Below are positions 29,601 through 45,100 of a stretch of 64,000 nt of DNA, piece by piece. Positions within the stretch are counted from its first letter, which is position 1; each line of letters opens with the position of its first letter. This DNA is from a virus (taxonomy: Duplodnaviria; Caudoviricetes), in the IMG/VR virus record IMGVR_UViG_3300027736_000043, positions 1,903-65,902 of that record. The stretch is one strand, 5' to 3'. The position numbers were made by a program, and so were the translations under genes. Below the pieces are notes generated by a model, which was not told where the DNA came from, searched no databases, and saw nothing but the letters and a program-made list of their open reading frames with translations.

Positions 29601-30122
29601 AATTGGATTAGAGATACCACCGGTACTGTACCAAAACCAAACATTCCTACCATTGACGAACTCAATACTGCATATCAAGGATTACAAAATTACAAAATGA
29701 TCAGTGACAATATTATTTTAAATCCTGTGACATTTAAACCTTTGTTTGGTATGAAAGCAGCTACTGAATTACGTGCTACCATCAAAGTGATACGTGCGGC
29801 CAATAGTACTGCAAGTACAAGTGAAATCAAAAGTTCTGTGGTAGCAGAAATGAACAATTATTTTAGCATTGACAAATGGAATTTTGGCGATACGTTTTAC
29901 TTTTCTGAACTGGCAGCATACTTGCATCGTATGTTAGGAACTATTATTAGTTCGGTGGTATTAGTGCCATTGAACTCACAAAAATACTTCGGTGATCTGT
30001 ATGAAGTAAGATCAGCACCAAATGAATTGTTTGTTAACGCAGCTACTATAGATAATATTGAAGTGATTGACGCACTTACCAGTACTAATCTACGTACAGC
30101 ACCGGGCAGTGGAGTAATTTAA
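26655..30122 (+). CDS. gp6: Baseplate wedge protein (gp6 family)
   Basis: DFETLRKSFVDYL...FNDY.ESS...TAERRDSV, FGDGVFSEIP and APAQYYTQNRMVNGEDY motifs. Confidence 0.85.
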   Translation: MATTTRQTAIFGVEDWKQIYQTYREADFQSYDFETLRKSFVDYLRLYYPETFNDYIESSEFIALLDVMAFMGQSLAFRTDLNTRENYMDTAERRDSVVQLANLISYTAKRNTESQGLLKVFSVVTTENVVDYNGVNLSNVTVDWADPTNPAWQEQFTAIINASLVDSQRVGRPGNRQTILGVRTDEYGINLVPGYLPVIPYNATVDGITMPFEAMTSTSVGENYLYEPSPRINQTFNVLFRNDQLGFNSNNTGYFFMFKQGVLQNQDFNLPERIANRTVNINIEGVNQEDRWLFQLDTVGTINREWQFTENVYSAAAEQIGTSLRPIFSVTSRANDQITLVFGDGVFSEIPVGTFRCYVRASNGLQYIINPEEMQSVSLPISYISRSGNLETITFTCGITQPVSNSQTREPIAEIKQRAPAQYYTQNRMVNGEDYNLFPYTQYNSILKSKALNRASIGTSRYLDLVDNTGKYSSTNTFGSDGGLWEQNVLPTILFTWNTRNEVADVITNQVQPQLLEPIVKQFYYANFPRQSINTGTTALSTWQQSTTLANQTTGFFRNSTVSSTWTSGTPIPVGNVVGVTNPFYFVTPGALIKFVSPTGYYFDRNNRLVQGSPARSDEKLEIWASPLQVIGDGYNGGLGNLPSGAGPVTLNNFVPTGAIVDTIIPLFVTDLPQDLEAAINEQIVLYRNFGLGYDNDGSVTGTPYSWYLITSTNLDQNAAWSQTVPGLAGNTNGVNSDASWLVQFVTVNQNYTITFRGLQYNFGSVLQTRFFFYEGQKVYDSRTGTVIKDYINLLAVNTQPDSTDHLPGDVPVTIIGQPVESDGYVDDFQVLVSYRDADSDGIPDNPDFFTEIVAPTVNANQKFVFLQQTVDFDNLQRYLLVEQGRVNSDYATIDDIELVKSEWSPGQVFYAYDQDSFYELSISVTGARTLVAVTGWIARVGRQDLYYQYRHNSPLTNRIDPGTTNIIDLYVVPQAYYTAYQNWIRDTTGTVPKPNIPTIDELNTAYQGLQNYKMISDNIILNPVTFKPLFGMKAATELRATIKVIRAANSTASTSEIKSSVVAEMNNYFSIDKWNFGDTFYFSELAAYLHRMLGTIISSVVLVPLNSQKYFGDLYEVRSAPNELFVNAATIDNIEVIDALTSTNLRTAPGSGVI

Positions 30123-33100
30123 TGGCAACTGTACGCTCGGTAGATTTACTCCCACAAATATTTCAAACTGAAACCAACAAGCAGTTTTTAGCTGCTACAT
30201 TGGATCAACTCACACAGGAACCTAAGTTCAAAAAAACACAAGGATTTATTGGACGTACAGTAGGGTTTGGTGTTAACCCCAATGACAAATATGTAGTTGA
30301 GCCAAGTGCAGTTAGAAAAGATTATCAACTAGAGCCAGGAGTAGTCAGTCTGGTGCCTGATACAGACACTATCAAAAATGCTATCACTTATCCAGGAATC
30401 AACGACGCAGTATCATTCAGTGGTGGAGACGGCAGTCGTCCAGATCGCTTGTATCAAAGTGAATATTACACTTGGGATCCTTTTGTAGATTTTGATGCAT
30501 TTGTAAATTTTAGTCAATATTTTTGGTTGCCAGCAGGTCCAGACCCAGTGGATGTTGCAGCTTCTACCATTCCTACCACTGATAATTTTTTTGTCACGCG
30601 AGAAAATGGGGTTTACACATTTTCGGGAGTAACAGGAGAAGATCCTGTTATTGATCTAGTACGTGGCGGAAACTACACTTTTCAAATAGCACAAAACAAC
30701 AAAGAGACTGTGAATTATCGTGTGAATAATTCAGGAACTTCGGCATATCTATTAGATGGCTTACGAAATCCAACTCTGACACTGGCTCGTGGTAACACTT
30801 ATGTGTTTAATTTGGTATTTGATGGAGATTTTCCTTTTTGGATTAAAACTGCACCAGTAACAGGTCTTGAAGACATATACAACACTGGAGTTACGCGAAA
30901 CGGTGCCCGCACCGGCCTAGTCACATTCACAGTACCACAAGACGCTCCTGATATTTTATATTACGCTAGTCAGACACAACTCAATATGCAAGGCACATTG
31001 AACATTGTTGATGGCATTGCAGGAACTGGACCAGGATTTTGGATACAAGCATTCCCGGGAATAAATGGCAAGGATCCGTCTAACCCAAATATCAGTTCAA
31101 GAGATGTATTAGGTGTTACTAATAATGGTATTGATCTTGGTACCGTGACATTTTACGTTCCTCAAAAAACTGCACAAGACTTTTATTATTCACTAACACC
31201 ATTTGGTGTAAATTCCAGTGGCACAGTGGTCACCCCAGTTGACATAATATGCGATTTAAAATTTGATCAAGTTAACAATCAACCAGTGGATGAATTTTTG
31301 GCCAAGTACGGCGGCATAGATGGCACAGCAAACTTGAATGGTCGCACTTTGGTATTCACAGAATCTCAAACTGATGCCCAAGACGGCGGCTGGCAAGCAA
31401 CGTCATTCTATGACCCGTTGCCACAATCTAGTAGTTATAATGCAATAACTGGTAGCTATGACACTACAACTTTTAGTCAGACTGGAGAGGTATTGCCGGA
31501 TGCTCGTTATCAATTGTGGCAGATCAAGTATGTAACAGTAAACAACTATACTTACATCTCGTTATCCAAAGTAGCTGATATTCCAATTCTGAACAAATTC
31601 AAAGCAAGATACGGAATTACCTACAGCAACACTGAATGGTACAAAAAAACTGACGGAACATTTGAAAGAATGCCTCTGCTGACTGCGGCACAAGATACAT
31701 TGTACTATCAAGATGGTACAGACCCAGAAATTTTTGGGCGTATAAGATTAATAGACCAAACAGCCGATACTACATTGTTCATTGATACTATATTAGATAA
31801 ACCATCATATACAAGCCCCAATGGGGTAGTTTTTACCAATGGGCTCAAGGTAAAATTCATTGGTGATGTGTCACCAGCTACCTACGCATCAGGAACATCT
31901 AGTTTAACAGTTACGGCTGCTCAACCAGGCAGCAATTATCTAACTACTGAATCAACTGCAAATTTATATATTGGTGAAAAACTTATATTCATTGACAGCA
32001 TTGGCGGAGTAGTGCCAGGAACTTATTATGTTCAAAGCCTAGCAGCTAACGGAATACAATTTAGTATTAGCACACAAAAAGGTGGAGGAGCATACCCACT
32101 GACACTAGGATCAACTAGTGCTCTTGCTATTGCAATCAGCGATCTAGAATACTATGTGAGTGGAGTAGGGACAGCCATTAAATTATTACCTGTTGAAATT
32201 TTTTCTACTCCAGAATCTTATGTAGTTGATGCCAACGATAGCACCATTTACATAGAACCTGACACAACAGATTATTTGACCATTAATCGTGCCGGTCAAG
32301 ATCGTAACGCTTGGAGTCGAAGCAATCGTTGGTTCCACTCAGATGTCATCAATGCCACAGCAAAATATAATAATACCATAGCAACTTTTGATAACAATTA
32401 CAGAGCCAAACGTCCAATTATACAATTTCGCGCTGACATCAGATTGTGGAATATGGGCACTAACGGAAAGAACCCTGTTGATATCATTGACTTTTCACAG
32501 ACTGACGCTTTTAGTAATGTAGAAGGATCCACAGGATATTCTGTTGACGGATATACATTAATTGATGGTAGTCGCGTAATATTTGCTGCTGATACTGATC
32601 AAAATGTTAAAAATAAAATTTATGTAGTGTCATTTATTGTTCCTGACACAGTAGCACCATTGATTGCACAACCTGTAATTTCTTTAACACCAGCACAAGA
32701 TGGTGAAGTGTTAGCTGATCAATGTACAGTGTGTTTATACGGTGATGTATCCCCTGGGGTAACGTTTTGGTTTGATGGCACTACTTGGATTGAAGCACAA
32801 CAAAAAACATCTGTACAGCAGGCACCGTTGTTTAATGTTTATAATCCTGCTGGATATAGCTTTGGAGATCAAACAAAATATCAAAGTTCTACGTTTGCTG
32901 GCAGCAAATTGTTCAGCTATGCAGTTGGTGACACCGGTATAATTGATCCAATACTGCAATTTCCGTTGCAGTACCTTAATATCAACAACGTTGGCGACAT
33001 TGTATTTGTTAACGACCTGTACAAAGATACTTTTTTATATGTAGTAGACAATGCCAGTGTGACGTTAGACATCAGTTCAGGATCTGTCAGAGAATATACA

Positions 33101-36100
33101 ACTCGTGACACATATCAACGATTGATAGGCTGGCAGACTGCTGCTACTCCAACTCAAGATTATCAACAATTTAAATTTACATATACAGGTGCCACACTCA
33201 AATTGGATGTTGCTGTAAATGCACCAGTCAACAACACTCCTGCAATCAAAGTATATGCAGGATCAGAATTTCAAGCACCTGACACATACAGTTATCTAAC
33301 CACATCAAACAGCACAACAATTACGTTGAACAAAACCTATGTTCCAGGCGATATCATTGAAGTGTTGGTGTTAAGCGATCAAACTAGTAGTGCAGCATTT
33401 TATCAAGTGCCTATCAATTTAGAAAACAATCCATTAAATGGCAACAGTGCAGAATTCACCCTTGGAACTATTCGCACACATTATGAAACTATTTGTGAAA
33501 ATCTTCTGACTGTCAGTGGGCCAGTGAATGGCTCTAACAACACCAGAGATCTTGGTAATTTAGTTCCGTATGGATTGACTATCTTACAACAAAGTGCGCC
33601 ATTGACATTGGCTGGATATTTTTTAAGGTCACCAGACTATAATATTTTTGCATCATTGAGTTTTGCTGACCGAGAATACAACAAATACAAATACCAATTA
33701 TTAGATGCAGTAACAAAGCAAAACATTGGGTTTGACTCAATTGGACAAGTGTTAGATATTGCCATCCAGGATGTTACACTGGGCCGAGTGGAAACACAAC
33801 CATTCTATTGGTCAGACATGTTACCGTCAGGCGCGGTATACACCACTACCACATATACCATTGGTTATACAAATACTGGTAGTTTTGATACTGTACAAGT
33901 TTATAATTATACGTCGGCCAACTATTTGGGTATGAATGTGTATCTTGGCGAAGTTTTACTTGTTAGAGATCGAGATTATATTGTAGCAACTGATGCTCCC
34001 CGAATCACAGTATTGATTGATTTAGCTGTTGGCAGCAAATTGATATTGCAAGAATACAGTGCCACATACGGTAGTTTTGCACCTAATACTCCTACCAAGT
34101 TGGGATTATATCCAGCTTTTGTACCTCAAGTGATTACCCAACGAACCAGCAATGGTAATGTACAAGTTACTCAAGGCCATGACGGATCAATCACTCCGCT
34201 GTTCAACGACATACGAGACCAAGTGTTGTTAGAGTTTGAAACCAGAATTTATAACAATCTTAAATTAGATGGCAATCCAGTACCGTTAACAATTGATGAT
34301 GTGTTGCCCGGTCAGTTTCGTAACACAGGATTCAGTTACTCAGAAATTACCCAAATATTAAATCAAGATTTTTTAAACTATGTAGGAGCAAATAAACTTG
34401 ATTATCGTACACAAGATTTTCGTGCCGCAAACGAGTTTACCTGGAATTATAGTAGTACCAAGAACAAACTTAGTAACAGTGAAAACCTATTAGGTGCCTG
34501 GCGCGGCATAAATCGATATTTTTATGATACTGAGCAACCACAATATACTCCTTGGGAGATGTTGGGATTTAGTAAAAAACCCCTATGGTGGGAAAATGCC
34601 TACGGCCCTGCACCCTATACTGGTGATAATTTGGTGTTGTGGGATGATCTAGCAGCCGGCTATGTAGCTGACCCAATACAACCGTATTTCCTTCCTGAAT
34701 ATGCACGTCCGGCCAGTATTAGCTCAACCGACGAACCGCCACGCGGTGGCATATGGGGACCTGGCCCATATCCTTCACTGGCACCAATTATACCAACCGG
34801 AGACGAAGGACAATTGTTAAGCCCGTTTAATACGGTAATGGGCACATATAACAATGCACAGTTTCAGAAAAGTTGGGCACCCGGCGACGGTGGACCTGTA
34901 GAAGCATCGTGGTGGAACAGCTCTAGTTATCCATTCGCAGTGATGCATGTGTTGGCAGTTACTCGCCCGGCTAAGTTTTTTGCATTGTTTGCTGACCGTG
35001 ACTTGTATCGCTACAATGTAGAATTTGGACAATATTTGTTGAACGACCGATATCGCTTAGATGCCAACGGAGTTGAAGTTTATGGTAATGGTGTCAGCAA
35101 AGCCAGTTACATTGATTGGATAGTTGATTACAATCGACAATCAGGTATTAATTCCACAGACGTGCTCACAGCCGATTTGGCCAATCTTGATGTGAGATTG
35201 TGTTACAGAATGGCCAGCTTTTCAGACAAACAATATATCAAACTATACACTGAAAAATCCAGTCCAAATTCTACCAACAATACATTGTTGATCCCAGACG
35301 AAAGTTACAATCTATTACTTTATAAAAATCAACCATTTGATCGCACTAGTTATTCTTCAGTGGTTGTACAAAATGTTTCAGGCGGTTATGCAGTGTTTGG
35401 CTACAGCACATCTCAACCGTATTTCAAAGTGTTGGCCAGTAATTCTTCAGGGCAATTACGTACAATATCATCAGGAGGAGCTACGGTTCGTGTACCTACG
35501 TTCTATACTAATAACGTGGTCGAAGTTCCATATGGATTTATATTTGCCAATGAAACCAGTGTGTGTGATTTCTTACTGAGCTATGAAAAATTATTAGAAC
35601 AACAGGGTATAACTTTTACCAATCGTGCCAATGGGTATCTATTAGATTGGAATCAGATGTGCCAAGAATTCCTGTATTGGAGTCAACAAGGCTGGGGTGA
35701 GAATGCTTTGTTGAATCTCAATCCTCTAGCAGCCAAACTCACAGTCACACGTGAACAAGCAGTGGTAGACAGTATAGTTGTACAAGCAATAGACAATGTG
35801 CTGCTGGATCAAAACAATAGAGAATTGCCCACACGTAATCTCAACATCACACGTATCAATAATACATTTACTTGTGAACCGTTGACCACACAAACTTTGA
35901 GTTTCATTGATTTAAAGTACACCAGCTACGAACACATGATTGTGTTGGATAATCAAAGTGTATTTGGAGATTTAATTTATCAACCTATCACCGGTGCTCG
36001 TCAGAGCCGACTGATTTTAATAGCATCTAATACTTCAGACTGGACTGGGCAGATTGATACCCCAGGTTTTATTCTCAATCAAAATAATGTAGAAGAATGG

Positions 36101-39100
36101 TCAGGACTCAAACGATATACCAAAGGTCAAATAGTAAAATACAAAAATGTATATTGGAGTGCGTTAAACATTGTACAACCCAGCGAAAAATTCAATTTTA
36201 ATGAATGGACACAAAGCGACTACACACAAATTGAATTGGGATTATTGCCCAACTTGGCCAACAAAGCCAATCAATTGTCCAATAGTTATAATATTAATTC
36301 TGCCAATCTTGAAAGTGATAACGATTTATTAAGTTATGGATTGATTGGGTTCCGGCCGCGACAATACATGGCTGCGTTGAATCTAGATGATGTTAGTCAG
36401 CTCAATGTGTACCGTCAATTCTTGGGATCCAAGGGCACTATACTCAGTGCTGAGTTATTTTCCAATGCTAATCTTGGTAAAGAATCTGCAGATTACAGTA
36501 TCTATGAAAATTGGGCAGTACTACGTTCCACCTATGGTGCTAATGCTAATCGTAGTTTTGTTGAACTGAAATTGGATCGCACTTACCTAAGTAGCAATCC
36601 TAGTTTGGTACAAGTGGTGTTGCCACAACAAACAAGTTCTGCGGATCAACAAATACTGTTAAGCAATGTATGGAAACAAAGTTATAAATTAACCTCGCCA
36701 GATTTCTTACCAACTACTACAACTACACCTACTGACATAGCATTGCCAACTGCAGGATATGTAAATTTAAATGATGCTGATATCACAGTGTTTGACATCA
36801 ACGACTTGGCTAACATTGCTGCTAACCTTGATGCTATTGCAGTAGGAACATCAATTTGGATAGCAAAGATAAATGATTATGACTGGAACATATATCGTGC
36901 TCAAGCAGTACTTGGTACTATACAACACGTATGCGACAATCTAGATGGAACCAGTCGAGTAATATTCAGTCAAGCACATGGATTGGTTGCTGGAGACACA
37001 TTGATAATTAAATTCTTTGACACTGAAGTCAATGGAGTATATCAAGTGTTAAGTGTGAGTAATTTAACCACATTAAATATTGCGTTTCAGTTTGCTCACA
37101 AACGTGCTGTAGCAAACGGAACTGGATTGGGATTCACATTGCAGACCATGCGTGTGGCACAGGCATCGGATGTGATTGATTTACCATATGCAAATGATAT
37201 TGCAACAGGTGCTAAAGTTTGGGTGGACAATGATGGCAATGATCAATGGGAAGTGATACAAAAACAACAAGTATTTGTTGACTCATCACAAATCAGTCCA
37301 TTGCTATTAGATGCTGGCGAACAATTTGGATCAGCAATTGCTCAAGCCACAGCAAGACTGGCCTTGTTTGTTGGTAGCCCACGCTATGGATTTAGTGGCA
37401 GCACACAAAAAGGTGCAGTGTATGTTTATGTTAAAAACGCTGGAGATCAATATGCTCCAGTAAGTCCAATTGCTGATGCAGATGGTATACTTACACTGGA
37501 CCGCACTGGAGTCTTGGGCTATGGTAATGCTATAGATTTTGGCAATCAAACTTGGGCCGTAGCAGGAGCCAGCAAAAGTCTTGGACCCAGCAGCGAAACT
37601 AACAACGGCTATGCTGCTGTGATCTATCGTGATCCAGCATTAGGACAACCAGGTGTGAATCCGTTTGCTAATTGGCAATTATTGACACTGCCGGGAACCA
37701 CAACATCAACCACTCCGGGCGCTGGAGAGTTTGGATATTCTGTTGCAATGAGTCTTGACGAGCGCTGGATGTATATTGGTGCTCCGGGATTAAACACAGT
37801 GTACGCATATGGTCGTGTGACCTGGGAAGATCAGATTGTGACTATACTTGGCGACGGAGTAACTAAACAGTACACCATCGGCAGTGCAATACAGATCAAC
37901 AATAGTAGCCAACTGAAAATTTTAATTGATGGGCAAGTGCAAACCACTGGCTATTCAATAGACGCAGCATTTGATAAAGTCACGTTTACCACAGCACCTG
38001 ATTCAGGTGCATTAATAAAATTCCAACGCATCAATACTCAACAACTAGATGCACAAACTTACTATGATGTATCACAAACATCTACTACTGGTACTGGAAC
38101 AGGTGCTAAATTTACTATAATCCGCGTTCGTGGACAAGTGGGACAACCTGGCGCCACTTCTGGCGGAGTAGGTGCTACTTCATTGGGTTTGGGTTATGTA
38201 GTAGGCAATACCATAACCATTGCTGGAGCAAGTTTTGGTGGTACAAATAATATCGTACTAACTGTAACATCCATTGGCACAGGCGGTACTCTTGGTAATT
38301 TTAATATTGCATATACTGCACCTACCTTGGCCACAGTATTTTCATTGAATGAATATTTCTTTACTGCTACCAACATCTATAGTTTTAGTATCACAGTTGA
38401 TGGTGTTTTGTATCGACCCAATATTGATTACACGTTTGATACTGTCACACAAGATTTAACATTTACTGGTACTGGCCCAGCAGCTGGTACTGTGATTATT
38501 GCAAAAGCACAAAGTTATTTCACCTATGTTAATTCTATCACAGCCAGCGGACTTGCTGCTGGAGATAGATTTGGACATTCAATTGCATGTACCACAGACG
38601 GACGTCAAGTCGTAATTGGCACACCATATAGTACACAAAGCACCAACGCCGAAGCAGGTTCTGTATACATTGTTGATCGCAATGTTCAACGATTTATCTA
38701 CGGTAGTGACGGATCAACTGTGACTTTTACTTTGTTAGGTACACCGGTAGCACCTGTTAGTGTTATTGTCAACAATGTATTTTTAACTAACCAAACAGAC
38801 AGCGTGATTGGTGCACCAAATACTTTCTATTGGAATGGTGCAAACACTGTCACAGTCAATGCTGATTTGCAATATGGTGATGTGATTGAGATTGAAACCA
38901 ATCAATTTGCTCAAATACAAAAAATTACTCAAAACACGGTGGCCAACTATTCAAATTTTGGACAAAGTGTAGATATTTGTCCTTACAATTGCAGTTTGTA
39001 TGTGGGTGTACCGCAGAGCAGTACACAGATTTACAAAGGCGGAGTAGTTGAACGTGATGTAAATCAAAGCCGTGTTTACGGTACTATAACATCAACTGTG

Positions 39101-42100
39101 GCCAATGCTGCATTGGCCGCCGGCAATACAGTACGTGTAAACAACATGGATGTTGCGGTGCCTACAACTTGGAGCAGCCTAAGCTCATATTATAAAAATG
39201 ACGTAGTTTACAATTTATCTGGCAGCACTTATACTATCTATGTTGCATTACAAGATGTTCCGGCAGCTACCTTGTTGACCAATGTAAGCTACTGGAAATC
39301 AGTTACTACTACCATAGTAGCAGCCAGCATTTATGTACGTGCATTAGCTGCACAAATAAACAGCACAGTACCTAATGTTATTGCCACTGTTGATGTCAGT
39401 GGATATTTGACTATATCAGTAAAAAATAATAATGCAGCTCCTGCATTTAACAAATTACAAGTAGCACCAGGATCAGTTGGATCAGCATTTACTACATTGG
39501 CGTTTAACACATTTGCATTTACTCAAACTATATTCAGTCCTTACCCTGTAAAATATGCCGCATTTGGCTCAAGTATAAACATTTCAGATTCTGCTACTAC
39601 ATTAGTAGTAGGTGCTCCAAACGGTACTTTATATTTGATAACCATATTTGATGATGGTTATACAGATTTTGATGCGGATAGCACTACGTTTATTACTACA
39701 GTAGATAATAGCGGTGCAGTTTATACATATGATTATTTGCCAGGTGCAAACATGAGCGTATCAAATCCAGGCAAGTTCTTGTTTGGGCAACAAATTAACA
39801 ACAGTGAAATAAATGCATTAGATTCATTTGGGGCAACTGTTGGATATGTTGATGGAATTTTAGTTGCCGGTGCACCAAATAATGATGTAGGTGACAGCAC
39901 AGCAAATTATGGGCGAGTATTCTTGTTTGAAAACCCTACCCGCAATGCAGCCTGGACAGTGATACGACAACAACAACCGGTGGTAGACATCAGTTTACTC
40001 AATGGAGTATTTTCATATGATCGTATTACCAGTGCTACTACACAATTCTTTGACTTTTTTGATCCGTTACAAGGAAAAATATTAGGTGCAGCGCGGCAAA
40101 ATATTGATTATATCAGTGGTATAGATCCTGCAAATTACAATATTGGTCCTAGTGGTATCAACGGTGCTACTTGGTGGGCAGGACACGTAGGAGAAGTCTG
40201 GTGGAACGTTAGTACAGTTCGTTTTATTGACCCCAACCAAGACGATATAACTTATGCCAGCCGGCGCTGGGGACAAGTTTTCCCAGGAAGCTCAGTGGAC
40301 ATATATCAATGGATTTTGAGTACAGTACCTCCAGCTAGTTATACTGGGCCAGGAGTACCTTACAGCACTTCAAGTTACAGTATCAATACCAGACTCAATC
40401 AAAATGGTATATTTGCTACCGAATACTACTTCTGGGTCCGTGGCATCACAACCACTGCTGTTCAAGAAGGAAAAACACTCAGTGTGGCCACCGTGGCACA
40501 GTATATAGAAAATCCACGAGCCAGCGGCATAACTTATATGGCACCAATCAATGCCAGTACCATTGCTCTTTACAATGCTGCTGAATACATAGTGGCGTCG
40601 GACACTGTGATCAATATATCATTTGATAGGCAAGCTACAGAAAGCAATGTACATACTGAATATGAATTAATTGCTGAAGGAAAGCCAGATGCATTTTTAA
40701 GTACAAATCTTTATCGTAAATTACAAGACAGTTTCTGCGGAGTTGATACATTTGGTAATAATGTACCGGATCCCAATCTCAGTCCAGCAGAACGTTATGG
40801 TGTACAATTTAGACCACGTCAAAGTATGTTTGTGGATAGATTTGATGCTCTTAAAAATTATCTCACAAGAGTAAATGCTGTATTGGCAAGATTTGTAATT
40901 TCTGAAAGTCGCAGTTTTAATCTGCTCAACAGCTCTGAACCTGAACCAAGTGCAGCCACAGGCTTATGGAATTTAAGGGTAGCAAACTTAGAAATATTAG
41001 GATTTCAAAACATCTATACAGTACCATTGGGGTATCGTTATTTGGTAGTAAATGATAGTAATAATCGCGGGTTATGGACAATTTACACTGTGGTGGCTAG
41101 TGATCAGACAGCAGGTGAACGTCAATTATTATTGTCATTTGTACAAGGATACAATACTGCTGATTACTGGAGTTACATCGATTGGTATCTACCAGGATAT
41201 AATTCCAGCACCAAAGCACTGGCAGAAGTTCCTAACAAAGCTGGACTAAAAACTTTAGGGTTGCCAGTGGGCAGTAGTGTTCGCGTCACTGCAAACTCAC
41301 AAGGTAAATGGGAAATATACTTGTTAACCAACACAGGATGGGAACGTGTTGGACTGCAAGATGGAACCATTGCATTTTCTGCAGAATTATGGGATTACCA
41401 AATTGGTAGATTTGGGTTTGACCTTGAAGTATTTGATGCTCAGTATTATGATCAGGAACCTGTGACAGAAACACGAAAAATTATTCAAGCTATCAATGAA
41501 GAACTATTAATTGACGATCTTGCTATAGAGCGTAATCTTGCATTGACATTGATGTTTAATTATGTGTTGAGTGAATTCTCTGCACCCGAATGGTTAGTCA
41601 AAACCAGTTTGATTGATGTGGATCATAGAATACGTGATTTGGTTCCATATCAAAACTATCGCCGTGACAATCAAGAATTTGTAATAGATTACATACAAGA
41701 AGTTAAACCCTATCATGTGCAATTACGTGAATTTAATTTACGATATAATGGATTTGATCAATATCAAGGAAGTCTGACAGACTTTGATGTTCCAGCATAC
41801 TATAACACTTCACTACCTGTACCACAATACACTAGCCCTATACTGTTGCCGTACGAGCATGGCAATTCTGATGTTGCTAATTTTTTAAGCGATTTGCCAT
41901 CTAATAGTGTGGTATGGTCCGAATTTCCATACAATCAATGGTACAACAACTATTTGCTAACGTTAACAGGCGTAACTATTGTTGATGGCGGCACAGGCTA
42001 TACAGAACCACCATTGGTGATTGTTGGCGATGCTTGGACTAGTAACACAGCAGTTTCTATAAATCAACAATTATTTTATGTTAATAATAATGTAACTAAT

Positions 42101-45100
42101 TTGTATACTGTGGTAGCAAATGGAACAACAAGCACAGAACCTCCAACCTTTACTACAAATGGCAGTCAAACTAATGGTACTGCAATATTAACTTATGCTG
42201 GTATTGCTGCCACAGCAACCGCAGTAATTAGTAGTTTGGGGCAAATAGTAGCAATAAATGTAACTAGTTCTGATGCAGTATATCGGTCAACTCCTAGTAT
42301 ATCATTTGATGGTGGTGGTGGTGGTGGATCGGGCGCTAGAGCCTACGCAGTTATAACTCCCGGACTTGCTCGCAGTTTCAAAACTACTATTAAATATGAT
42401 AGATTTCAATATTTCAGTGATGTCCGAGATTGGAGTTCCAGCGGAACTTATCAAGACGGCCAACTAGTGCGGTATGACGATCGTGTATGGCAAGCTGCCA
42501 GTGCAGATTCTACCGCAGTAGTAGGCCCCGAGTTTAATACTGAAGATTGGACACTAATTCCAGCTAGAGACCTGACTGGTGTAGATCGCACGATGGGTAT
42601 GTATGTGCCAGGAGTGAATCAACCCGGATTGGAATTGCCTTTGTTAATTGATGGAGTTGATTATCCAGGTGTTCAAGTTTATGGCAATTATTTCTTAGGA
42701 ACCACCCCTAATGATGCCGCATACGCAAGTTCGTTTACAGACACTACATTAGGTGAAACTTTTTCTAGTATCAATGTAGACGGCGGCGAATTTGTAGGAT
42801 TGTATGAAGGTCACGCGCCTGAAGAATTAGTAAATGGTGCAGAATTTGACACCCTGGACATGCGTGTGTACACGCGCCCGGGTGCAGATTGGAACAGAGA
42901 TGGGCATGGATTCCAAATGGCAGATAAACGGTATCTGTACACAGCCGCAGTAACCAACGTATTCAGTTGGGCTGGACTAGTAGAAAACCCAGTAGAAATC
43001 TCAGTAGTCAATACCACTACCAATTTGCCATTGAGTCTAAACATTGATTACACAATAGATTGGATATTGCAGACCATTACTGTGTTAACCGTTGCTGACA
43101 GCAATATCATAAGCATTACTGCATATGAACTTGGTGGCGGCAGTCAACTATATCGTGGCAATTTTGTAGGTACAGGAGCACAAACCACAATTATTCCTGT
43201 GAACGCTGCTGAAATTATAAGTTTGGCAATATTTGTCAATGGAACAATAACAAGTGGCGCAACTTGGACTTCGTATGTTGCCAGCACTGATTGGAATCAA
43301 TTGACCAGCTATTCATATCAAGACATAGTCAATGTTAATGATGGTAGTTCTGCAGAAACTTACTATCGGGCATTAAAAGATGTACCAGCTGGGATTGAAA
43401 TTACCAATGCTGCATATTGGTTAGAATATGTGCCTACGTTACAATCAATTGTTAATTTTGGTACAGTATATAACAGTACCGATGAGATAGCATTGGTCGC
43501 ATTTGGTGTGTCAACCATTGATGCAGGATATTTTGTGATTGGTAGACAATATACTATTACCAATGTGGGGACAACTGATTTTGTAGCCATTGGCGCAGGT
43601 GCAAATACAATAGGAACAGTGTTTACGGCCTCAGGAGTAGGATCTGGCACTGGTAAAGCATCTACATCATACAGCTGGAGTACACCGCAAACTCAATACA
43701 TTGTGGCTGATGCAAATTTTGTCACATTCAAGACTACCACGTTAACTAATTCTTTACAAGGCAGTAATCTTGCCAGCATGATTGTCACACGTAACGGATT
43801 GAGGTTACAACCTCCTGAAGGACGAGAATGGATCAGCGACGGCAGTTCTTTGGCATTTGCTTTGCCCACTCGCGGTGGTTACAGCCAAGCTATTATAAAT
43901 GCCACCACAGATGTCATTGTTTGGGTTGACAATATATTGCAACAACAAAGCATAGGTGGTGTACCCGGTGCATATAGCGTTACGCCATATGTGGCTGCCA
44001 ATGATCGTGATGTAGTGTTCAACGTTCCGCCGCCAGCTGGTGCTATCATATTAATTGCAGTTACCACTCAATCAGGCTATCAATTAGCTGGCAATAGTCT
44101 ACAAATTATAAGTGGCGTAAATCTAAATGATTTATTTACAGTAACAACTTTCAATGATACTTCACAATTGAACCCGTTGACATTGGTGTTTAATGGACCG
44201 GTGGTTACAGGCGTAGAAGAGTCGGATCCGTTTGATCCGTTGCCAAATGATGCTGCATACAATAACCAACCGGGCAGTTATGATTATGCCACGGTTACTG
44301 ATACACAATGGAGTTTTTCATACAGCAAAGGGGCTGCTGTTTATGACAATCAATTCTGGTTAGAACGTGCTAATGTTAATCCAGCAAGACTTTGGGTTAC
44401 ATTAGATGGATACGCATTGACCAATAGCATAGATTACACTGTTGAAGGTGAATATTTGATATTGGCATCTGGACCAATTAAATCTAATCAAATAATGGTC
44501 ATAACAGAAATTACCAATAGCGTTGTTCCGGAGGCAATGGCGTTCCGTATATTCCAGGACATGCGCGGTGTACAAGCAACATATCGTATTACACCTGCTA
44601 CTACCACAATATTAACGCAACCACTCAGTGCCACAGACAACGTAATGTACGTAGAAAATGTTCTTGCATTAGGCCATCCCAATCTTGATGCAGGTGTATT
44701 TGGGGTATGTACTGTGAACGGTGAACGCATCATGTATAGAGACATTGATTTGGAAACCAACACCATCATTGGTCTCATGCGGGGAACTGCTGGTACAGCC
44801 GCTGCTGACCATGCAACTGGTGCTGCTGTTTACGATCTTAGTCGCGGTAATTTATTGCAAAGCAGCTATCAAGATTACATAGTATCAGACACCAGTGTTG
44901 GTGATGGATCTACCACAGTGTTTTATGCACCTAGCATAGCTGTTGACACCTTTGCGGACAGCAGCAGTGAAGCTCCGGCTATTGAAGTGTATGTTGGTGG
45001 TACACGCCAATATGCTTACAGTGACACAACTGCCACAAGTCAATACCGTTGGTTTGTGACAGATTTTGACCCATTGGCAGTAGATTTTGTTGTGGATGAT

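Noticed and set aside
42311-42328. (GGT)5 microsatellite
   Set aside because: An in-frame poly-Gly linker with no sign of phase variation.
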